Part shown: positions 1 to 7,217 of the stretch, one piece after another
Position numbering within the stretch: position 1 is the first letter of the stretch
How the letters are laid out: the number at the start of each line of letters is the position of its first letter
NCBI GenBank assembly: GCA_903872035.1
Contig: CAIQIZ010000009.1
Coordinates: 7,299-71,298, forward strand
Direction of reading: 5' to 3'
DNA: 64,000 nt
Source: an uncultured bacterium
Lineage (GTDB): Bacteria > Patescibacteriota > Minisyncoccia > Phycocordibacterales > PALSA-1337
Notes under the pieces: generated by a model
What the model saw: the letters and a program-made list of their open reading frames with translations, nothing else
Told to the model about the DNA's origin: nothing
Database searches by the model: none
Program-made: the position numbers and the translations under genes

Positions 1-20
1 GAACTGAAGAGCTTCTTCAT
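1..20 (-). CDS. 5' end of a gene running off the window (MKKLFS...)
   Basis: ATG at 20 on the minus strand, preceded by TG-A-TATAAT 8 nt upstream. Confidence 0.4.
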
Positions 21-48
21 ACTAGACGATTATATCAAAACTTCAGCT

Positions 49-570
49 CTAATGTGGATCATACCACGCCCCCTTTTTCCCTTGACTGGCGGTAATGTCA
101 TAGTAATGAGCGCCTTGCTGGAGTTTTAAAGGATCAAGGCTAATGATCTCCTTGTAGGTCTCATTCTTTATACATGGTGTCGCAGTATTGTAAATGGCCG
201 AGAGTGGATCGGAACGATAATCTATAGTAGCCGGAAATATGAGGACCACGGCATAGACATCTTTACAAAGCAAAGAGACAGAAATGGTTCCACCCTTTTT
301 GTATACGAATGACTTGAAAGTCGAGGGGGCTGGCATATTCTTCAAAGGAGAATATGCCGAATTCTCTGGAGCACTCGGAGCAAATACTGTCTCGGGAGAT
401 ACAGACGGGACTACCATAGGGGTATTGTTTTCGTTTGTTTTTGAAGAAGATGGACCTCGTAAAAATATGATGAATATGAATATAGCAATAAATGAAAGCA
501 GGAGCAGTGCAGTATTCGAACGAAGCAAAGCTGTGATTCGTGCTCTGTCAGATCTTTTATCGACTATCAT
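49..570 (-). CDS. Membrane-anchored hypothetical protein with a two-Cys C-terminal domain
   Basis: N-terminal TM helix, Pro/Ser linker; C-terminal ~80 aa similar to the C-terminus of 5012..6769; ATGA overlap with upstream gene. Confidence 0.75.
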   Translation of the reverse strand: MIVDKRSDRARITALLRSNTALLLLSFIAIFIFIIFLRGPSSSKTNENNTPMVVPSVSPETVFAPSAPENSAYSPLKNMPAPSTFKSFVYKKGGTISVSLLCKDVYAVVLIFPATIDYRSDPLSAIYNTATPCIKNETYKEIISLDPLKLQQGAHYYDITASQGKKGAWYDPH

Positions 571-1118
571 ATTTTTTTGACTTTAAGCTCGACCAGGAAG
601 TCGGCGACGACATTCCAATAATGTTTGATGGCGAACTGCTTGGCTTCCTCCGATTTCTGATTCCACGGTTCATTGAAGAACAGGGCGTAATTGACCATAT
701 CAAAATCACATCTGATGAGTCGACTCTCTAGGCCATTGTCTTTGCGCCATATCTTGTTGAAGAATGGGAATGTTGCTTCAGAGATCGCACGTTTGGTGAA
801 CGGATCGGCCCAAGCGCGAACAGAAGTGTAATACGAAGAAATGATCGTTACTTTTGCGCCATCTTCAGCGATCCGCCACACCTCATCCATAAATGCGGAC
901 AGATCAACAACTCTTTCCATATAATGATTGATCACGATCTCTGAGGCGGAATTATCTGCGAATTGCGTCCAGGGGTAAGAGCCGAGATCGACGACTTCGT
1001 CGACGCCATCTCTCAACGCTTCATCGATACCGATAAATCCCGGGCCTTTGCTTTTGCCGCCGGCGATATCCAGTTTAAGGCCTTTGGCTCCCCTTTTAGT
1101 GAATGGGTTCATGTTCAT
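567..1118 (-). CDS. Short class I SAM-dependent methyltransferase-like protein
   Basis: LKLDIAGGKSKGPGFIGID motif-I-like; HYMERV..FMDEVWRI...G. Confidence 0.7.
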   Translation of the reverse strand: MNMNPFTKRGAKGLKLDIAGGKSKGPGFIGIDEALRDGVDEVVDLGSYPWTQFADNSASEIVINHYMERVVDLSAFMDEVWRIAEDGAKVTIISSYYTSVRAWADPFTKRAISEATFPFFNKIWRKDNGLESRLIRCDFDMVNYALFFNEPWNQKSEEAKQFAIKHYWNVVADFLVELKVKKI

Positions 1119-1119
1119 G

Positions 1120-2109
1120 TCAGTTTTTCATGATAAAATCATATGCCGCTTTAGATGTCTCTCTCATAAAATCATCAGCTGTTTTTTGATCCCCGCCAAT
1201 GAACCCCAGGCAAAGCAGAGAATTTCTATGTGGCGCGTAGATGATACCGCAATCGGAATGAGTCTTGTCCGTGAGGTCGACGCCGAACTTATGTGCGACC
1301 GGTATATCCTTCGGAATTCCTGCCACTATCTCGTCGTTCTCGATCGAATCATCAAGATATCCCAAGATCAACTGCGAATCCGCCACATTGTCGTATGTCG
1401 CGTTATAAAGAGCGGTGAACATATTGGAAAGCGTTTTTAAATTTATCTTATTGTACGTCGGCATCGCGCCAAGATTGTCTACGCTCCAGCCCATGAAGCT
1501 ATAGACATCTCTAAATGGATCGCCGACACCTATGAGACGCGCCACTTTGATCAGAGCCTGCATGGCAGTATTATCTGAATTTTTAAGCATGATCTCTAGC
1601 AATTGTTGTAGAGAGAACGTCTTATTCGGACCGACTTTGTACAGATCACCGAAGTTGGAATCGAGATCGAGCTCGCTTAAGGTGTAGCTCTCTGAGAGCG
1701 AAAGTTGGCCGTTCTCGACCATCTTCATTATTGCCATCGCCAACGGCACTTTTAAAGTCGAGGCTGCGGTGAACATAGTATCTTCACCTATGCCGATAAA
1801 AGCAGAGTTGTTCAGATAAGCAAAATAGACATATGTTTTCTCTGGGAAACCTGCCTTTATACCCCTGAATTGATCCTCGAGCGGTTTGAAATTTATGATG
1901 AAATGCTTGCCGAGATTGGCAGTGACTACCGGATTGATGAGGGGGGCATCACCGACTGGACCCGACATTGTGCTGGTAGCACTGATCGGAGCGACGATAT
2001 AGGTCGCTCCCCGAGAAAGATTGGTTCGCACCACACGCACATAGGCGACGAACAATCCTGCTAGGAGGCAAATGAAAATGATCTGGATTATTATTATTTT
2101 TTTGCTCAT
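1120..2109 (-). CDS. Class A beta-lactamase-like serine hydrolase, membrane anchored
   Basis: SxxK (ASTLK), SDN (SDNTA), KxG (HKFG) motifs; N-terminal TM helix. Confidence 0.85.
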   Translation of the reverse strand: MSKKIIIIQIIFICLLAGLFVAYVRVVRTNLSRGATYIVAPISATSTMSGPVGDAPLINPVVTANLGKHFIINFKPLEDQFRGIKAGFPEKTYVYFAYLNNSAFIGIGEDTMFTAASTLKVPLAMAIMKMVENGQLSLSESYTLSELDLDSNFGDLYKVGPNKTFSLQQLLEIMLKNSDNTAMQALIKVARLIGVGDPFRDVYSFMGWSVDNLGAMPTYNKINLKTLSNMFTALYNATYDNVADSQLILGYLDDSIENDEIVAGIPKDIPVAHKFGVDLTDKTHSDCGIIYAPHRNSLLCLGFIGGDQKTADDFMRETSKAAYDFIMKN

Positions 2110-2118
2110 GATATTTGG

Positions 2119-2853
2119 TTACCAGACGACTTCGCTCTGCGGATCGAGGTGACCGACCTTGACCCGGGTATCACATGCCACCTTGTAGCCGAGCTTGCGG
2201 ATCTTTGAGAAAAAATGCAGATCCTGTGTGCTCATCTGTGGCCCCTTTTCTTGGCTATATTCCTGGACGGTCTTGAACCAAGGCTTCCCTATCTTTGGGT
2301 CCCTGAATATATCCATCTTAAAGAGAGTGAATCCCATACCCAAACCATCGCACTCCTGGATATCTTTGGTCGGTGGTTGAGGACGAAAATGGAGATCGCC
2401 ATCTTTTCCCTCACCATATATCATCGGCTGACCTCCCTCGCCTTTCGTCCAATATAGACCGCCGACAGCGTCATATTTTTCTATATTTTCATATAGCTTC
2501 AATAGACCGTCTGGAGGAGGAAGATTGTCTTCTTCCATGGTCAAAATATATTTCCACTTTGAGAGCTCAGGGTTGGCAAGGATCTGCTCTATCATATTGT
2601 TATAAGCGTCACCCACTTCCATGCCGCCGGCAAAAACTTTTGTATTCTTTTGATTCATCGGCAACATCAGGCTCCACCACGAACCGACAACCTTGTAATT
2701 GATCATACCTCGTGTAGGAATGACGATGATGGTTGAAAGATCCTTATAAGTATTGCCTTTGATGATGCGGGCAGACTGCTCGACGAGATCGGCATTCTGC
2801 CCTTTCTGCTCGTCTCCGAGCGCGGAGATTTTTAGATTGCTTTGTTTTGTCAT
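2119..2853 (-). CDS. GT2-like glycosyltransferase
   Basis: IVIPTRG, YILTMEEDN (DxD-like), GLGMGFTLF, QDLHFF, KVGH. Confidence 0.75.
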   Translation of the reverse strand: MTKQSNLKISALGDEQKGQNADLVEQSARIIKGNTYKDLSTIIVIPTRGMINYKVVGSWWSLMLPMNQKNTKVFAGGMEVGDAYNNMIEQILANPELSKWKYILTMEEDNLPPPDGLLKLYENIEKYDAVGGLYWTKGEGGQPMIYGEGKDGDLHFRPQPPTKDIQECDGLGMGFTLFKMDIFRDPKIGKPWFKTVQEYSQEKGPQMSTQDLHFFSKIRKLGYKVACDTRVKVGHLDPQSEVVW

Positions 2854-2869
2854 TTTTGAGTCGTCACTA

Positions 2870-4381
2870 TTATTCGATGTTGGTGAACAATATCCACGGT
2901 TCGATGATACCAGCGGTAGTACCAGTCAACGAAGTTGCGTTTATCGAAGCTGGCATGGCCGCGCTTCCTACGGTGCCGATACCCAAGATCAATTGTTTCG
3001 AGGCGGCCGAGGCTACACCAACGTTACCCGAGAATGTCGGGGCAGAGACCGCATTGGTAGAACTGTTCGATAGGATCTTTTCGCCAGCTCCACCGTAAAG
3101 CGTGACGTTACCAGCGTTACCTGTAGCTATCCTCACCCCATACCAATAGTTTCCCGGCGTCGCATTCACGGTCATAGGAACAGATATCCTTCTGACACCA
3201 GCGAAAGAGGCCGAGGAAACAGAGGTCGTACCTGAAGAATACGTGTACGACGCCGATCCTGAAGAGACGGTGCTCAGTGTGCTGGCATTCATAGTGTATA
3301 TGAATATACTGACACTGAATGAAGCATTGCTGGAAGAAGACGGTATAGCGAAGCTTCCCAAGGCCATGACACGTGAGGCGGATAGGCTCTGCATGAGCGG
3401 CAGATAGCCGAAATACACCCCAGAAGTGACCAAGGCAGCGCTCGAAGCGATAGCCTGGCCCGGCGGCCACTGCAGATTGCTCAAAGTCGCACCGCCTGCC
3501 GCCGCACTGGCCGTGACTACTCCATTCGTGCTGATTCCAAATGAGACGTTGTTGGAGTTGCTAAAATTGATCGTACCTATAGTCACAGGTGCGGCATTGT
3601 TAGCGGTAACCGCAGCTATCGTTGTCGTACCTTGGATACCCAAACCAGCCAAGACACCATTTTCACAGATCAAAGCTTGAGATGATGCGACATTGGAGTC
3701 GTACCACATGATACCATTGGGTGAACATTGCTGGCCGACATAAGCGGCGGCATTCTGGTTATCCAGAGCAAAATATATAGGTGTGGCCTGTCCAGCACCT
3801 GTCCCGACTTGAACACGTCCGTTTACGGTGTCAGTTTTTAGATATGAACCATAGACATTATTAGCTGTCAAAGCATATGGCGACGAAAGGAGCTGTTGGC
3901 GCGGCGAGAGCGGTTCCCATCCTCCAGTACAGGTAGTCGGTGCATTGTTCACGGCTACTTGGAGATAGGCGATCGATGTGGTCGAGAAATCAAAGACGGT
4001 TGAAGTCAAAGTATCGGCCTGACCGATCACCGCGCTAAATACTCCATCGGTCGTAGTCGCTGTCGTCGTGGCTGGAGTCGATGCTGGCCAGAGTTTGTTT
4101 CCACCATTGGCAGAATCGTATATAGAAAACTGGTAGCAATACGAGGTGCCTGTGCCACCGAGGGCATTACCGGATGAATCTGTCAGGCGACCTTCATAGG
4201 CGATCTGCAATGGTGTTCCGGCTGCGGCTACGCTATTCTCCGGCCAGATCAAGTTGGCAGCTAGAGAAATGATCAGCACCACAGACAAAATCCCCTGAAT
4301 GAAAATGAGGCAGCCAGTGAAAATCGCGCTCGACTTTTTGGAGAATAGCAATCTTACTTTTCCGTCTTTTGATATCGACAT
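2870..4381 (-). CDS. Exported fibre/adhesin-like protein
   Basis: N-terminal TM; YEGRLTDSSG...FSIYD...GVFS...PRQQLLSSPYA domain typical of tail-fibre-like surface proteins; Ser/Thr/Ala-rich C-half. Confidence 0.65.
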   Translation of the reverse strand: MSISKDGKVRLLFSKKSSAIFTGCLIFIQGILSVVLIISLAANLIWPENSVAAAGTPLQIAYEGRLTDSSGNALGGTGTSYCYQFSIYDSANGGNKLWPASTPATTTATTTDGVFSAVIGQADTLTSTVFDFSTTSIAYLQVAVNNAPTTCTGGWEPLSPRQQLLSSPYALTANNVYGSYLKTDTVNGRVQVGTGAGQATPIYFALDNQNAAAYVGQQCSPNGIMWYDSNVASSQALICENGVLAGLGIQGTTTIAAVTANNAAPVTIGTINFSNSNNVSFGISTNGVVTASAAAGGATLSNLQWPPGQAIASSAALVTSGVYFGYLPLMQSLSASRVMALGSFAIPSSSSNASFSVSIFIYTMNASTLSTVSSGSASYTYSSGTTSVSSASFAGVRRISVPMTVNATPGNYWYGVRIATGNAGNVTLYGGAGEKILSNSSTNAVSAPTFSGNVGVASAASKQLILGIGTVGSAAMPASINATSLTGTTAGIIEPWILFTNIE

Positions 4382-4384
4382 ATG

Positions 4385-5008
4385 TTAAAAGCTCATCTGA
4401 TCGAGTGATCTATCGGCTGAGATGTATGACTCTTCAAATTCTTTTTGCAGGATCTCGCTTTTGGGCAAGCTGGATTCGTTCTTATGGAAATTTGCATGCA
4501 CGGCCAGCTCTATGGGCGAAATGTTCTTGAAAAAATACGTCTCTGTCCCCTTACCCTTTTCTTTCGCGAGAGTATATTGCCATCCAAAATCTTTGACATC
4601 CTCGATAGTCTCCGGTTTCAAGAATTTTGACATGATCGATCCCGTCGGGATCACCGAATCTACGCGATATATAATATCATAGTTCACGCCTCGAGCGATC
4701 GGGAAAGATTTTGGGTAAAGCGACTGAACGACTCTGGTCATCTCTTGACCGAGCTTGGAAACGTCAGGCGCGCGAAATGTTTTATCCTCGAGTCGGATAT
4801 GCGACGGGTTAAAAACCCACATCAGACCCTGTGACGGAAATTCGAAGATGCGTGTAGCTGTCGATGTATTATCTGAATACAAAGAGCCCTTTGAGGCTTC
4901 TCCTGGATAGGCTGAAAAGACCGCCGCAGGATCAGGCAAGATCAGAGAATTTTCTGCGAAAGCGAAAACTATATTTGACCTCTGCATATGTTTGGCAGTT
5001 ATTTTCAT
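4385..5008 (-). CDS. Hypothetical protein
   Basis: 207-aa ORF packed with 3-nt gaps between co-oriented genes. Confidence 0.7.
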   Translation of the reverse strand: MKITAKHMQRSNIVFAFAENSLILPDPAAVFSAYPGEASKGSLYSDNTSTATRIFEFPSQGLMWVFNPSHIRLEDKTFRAPDVSKLGQEMTRVVQSLYPKSFPIARGVNYDIIYRVDSVIPTGSIMSKFLKPETIEDVKDFGWQYTLAKEKGKGTETYFFKNISPIELAVHANFHKNESSLPKSEILQKEFEESYISADRSLDQMSF

Positions 5009-5011
5009 GTT

Positions 5012-6769
5012 CTATTGGATTATAGTTTCCGTTGTTGAAGTGGCTATCACGGTGATAGGAAATATCTGACTGACAGGCGTCCACCCTCCAGTGTCATCTT
5101 CTTCCGCAGTCAATAACCAGTATTTTCCACCGTCTATGGTCTGTGACAGATTCGACAGGTCATAATGGAACGAGCCTTGATTGCATTCTAGAGCATTATT
5201 GACTACATATGAAGACGGTTTCTTTTTATAATCCGACTGGTCGCGATATGCGAGAATGACGAAATATTTTCTGGAACAGTTTCCAGAAACAACGAGAGAT
5301 GACCCGATCAAGTTCGGCGAGACTTTTATATTTGAATTCTGATTATATGATTTATCGACTACCGGATCGCCGCCCAAGACAAACGAAACGACTTTTTTTG
5401 TGATAACAGCTGGTGTTGGAGGCGGGGGCTTAATGACGACAGTAGGAGTCGGGGTCGGAGGCGAAGGCGGGGTTGGATCGATTACTGAATATACCGCATC
5501 TGCGGCCGAGGCTAGAGTATCTGACAAGGCTTCTTTCAAAGTCCGATCGTAGCTGACTTTAGCATACATCCCATCCAGATATATATCAGGTTTTTCATCT
5601 AGAGTCGGCAAAGTTGACACCATTATCTGTAGATTATTTAGGTCTTCCCATGAGGAGATCGGTACCGCGATCTTGTAATCCTTCCAGTTGTCCAAACCTA
5701 CCGTGCCTATGCTTACCCATCTCACCCCATCTGTGCTGTAGCTTATTTGAAGGAATGGATTTGATGAGCGTGACGGGTCATCTGTCTCTGCTTCGGCTAT
5801 AGCAGCAAATTTCGTCATGATATTCTCGATGAAGCTCGTTGGACCGGAGTTGACGGTAGAATCTCCCGGAGAAGTTGGCGGAGCTGTCACAGGTGCGGGT
5901 GGTGGAGTATCAGTCGTAGGAGGTAAAGCCGGCGGTGGCGGAGGCGGAGGTGATGATGTGTCAGGAGCAGATGAGGATGGAGGGGAAGATGTATCAGGAG
6001 GAGGCGGCACTTGGCCCGATCCTGTTGATGGGCTAGCGTTTGTAGATGCATCAACATTGCTCGATGTCGAACTTGTAGCAGGACTTGTCGTAGAAGAGGT
6101 GCTTTGAATATTCGGGGTAACAGATGTCGTTGTTGAAGATATGGATGAAGATGATTGGGTCGTGCTTGTACCAAGAGAATTATTTCCCGTGGAAGAAACA
6201 GACGTTGTAGACGTCGTGGTCGACAAGATCATAGGATTATTCGATGAAGATAGGTTGCTTGCCGATGTTGAGGATGAACTGTCCAAGACCATCTTAAGTG
6301 GCGTATAAATCGGTGATGAGGCTCTAAATGCCGGAGATGAACTTGCTTGCAAGGCATTAGTTGTCGATGCGACTGTTGTTGACGCAACGGTATTCCGAGC
6401 CGACATCAAGGAACCTTGACCGATCAACCATTGGAATTGCACAACGACAGCTGTCGGCGGATTCGTAGATTGATCTGTGGAAAAATATCCACAAAATATC
6501 TGGGCAGCAACGGAAGATGCTAGAAATGCAGAATTATATGTAGTATATGAAGATGGTGGATCAGATATCGAAAGGTCCGGTTGCCCGCTGGCATTCTTTG
6601 GATTGCTCCAGCCGCCGAGACAGAAGCTTGGATAAAAAATGGTGCTGGCCGCTCGAACGGAGCGCGGATTTGAGATGATTTTACCAGTCAACAACGCGAT
6701 GAAAACGATTACAATACCAATCAAGGAATATGATACGGTTAAGATGGTATATCGTGTAATTCTCTTCAT
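5012..6769 (-). CDS. Exported Ser/Thr/Pro-rich surface protein
   Basis: N-terminal TM, long S/T and poly-Pro low-complexity linkers, two-Cys C-terminal domain. Confidence 0.8.
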   Translation of the reverse strand: MKRITRYTILTVSYSLIGIVIVFIALLTGKIISNPRSVRAASTIFYPSFCLGGWSNPKNASGQPDLSISDPPSSYTTYNSAFLASSVAAQIFCGYFSTDQSTNPPTAVVVQFQWLIGQGSLMSARNTVASTTVASTTNALQASSSPAFRASSPIYTPLKMVLDSSSSTSASNLSSSNNPMILSTTTSTTSVSSTGNNSLGTSTTQSSSSISSTTTSVTPNIQSTSSTTSPATSSTSSNVDASTNASPSTGSGQVPPPPDTSSPPSSSAPDTSSPPPPPPPALPPTTDTPPPAPVTAPPTSPGDSTVNSGPTSFIENIMTKFAAIAEAETDDPSRSSNPFLQISYSTDGVRWVSIGTVGLDNWKDYKIAVPISSWEDLNNLQIMVSTLPTLDEKPDIYLDGMYAKVSYDRTLKEALSDTLASAADAVYSVIDPTPPSPPTPTPTVVIKPPPPTPAVITKKVVSFVLGGDPVVDKSYNQNSNIKVSPNLIGSSLVVSGNCSRKYFVILAYRDQSDYKKKPSSYVVNNALECNQGSFHYDLSNLSQTIDGGKYWLLTAEEDDTGGWTPVSQIFPITVIATSTTETIIQ

Positions 6770-6867
6770 AATATATATAATATCAAAAATACCAACGATG
6801 ATACATGTGTACGAACTATTATATCAATAAAATCTCGCCTGCCCTAATTTACGGATCCGAGTATTTC

Positions 6868-6898
6868 AAAACGCAAAACAGCCCGAGGGGCTGCTTTG
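6868..6898 (-). terminator. Intrinsic terminator
   Basis: GCAGCCC-CTC-GGGCTGT followed by TTTGCGTTTT on minus strand. Confidence 0.6.
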
Positions 6899-6944
6899 TG
6901 AGACATTTCTTGGAGAGTGCCCACACTGGGTACTCATAGGCAAG

Positions 6945-6973
6945 ATATTAACACAATTTACGTTGTGAGGCAA
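6945..6973 (-). promoter_or_regulatory. Sigma70-like promoter
   Basis: TTGCCT-17 nt-TAATAT with TG extension on minus strand. Confidence 0.5.
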
Positions 6974-6982
6974 TGCGAGTTA

Positions 6983-7041
6983 TTCCGACAAGCGAAGAGC
7001 GTGTAAATGTGAGCATTTACAACGTCTGAGCGCTGTCGGAA
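6983..7041 (+). repeat. Palindromic element family C, copy 1
   Basis: TTCCGAC...TGTAAATG-TGAG-CATTTACA...GTCGGAA; homologous to 52708-52767. Confidence 0.75.
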
Positions 7042-7067
7042 AAAGATACGTAGTATCTTATCAACAG

Positions 7068-7215
7068 GCTTGGCGGACAACATCTCCTCACCTCCTCGCA
7101 AGGTCGCCATTCCAAATTGCAGCCGTAGGCGCTTCCAAGGATTCAGCGCCTACGGGCAATTCGTTCATGGCTCAGATCACATTGCGAGTCGGCTCGAATA
7201 TGTTGTCCGCCAAGC
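7068..7215 (-). repeat. Rod-like palindromic element family A, copy 1
   Basis: 16-bp perfect terminal stem GCTTGGCGGACAACAT/ATGTTGTCCGCCAAGC, nested inner stems; core nearly identical to 55787-55938 in reverse orientation. Confidence 0.9.
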
Positions 7216-7217
7216 TA

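Noticed and set aside
5860-6300. Poly-Pro and Ser/Thr runs as DNA repeats
   Set aside because: Protein-level low complexity with varied codons.
7068-7215. Family A element as 6S or SRP RNA
   Set aside because: Multi-copy, abuts stop codons, has no own promoter, and I could not find the SRP GNRA-capped domain IV motif; an Rfam search would settle it.
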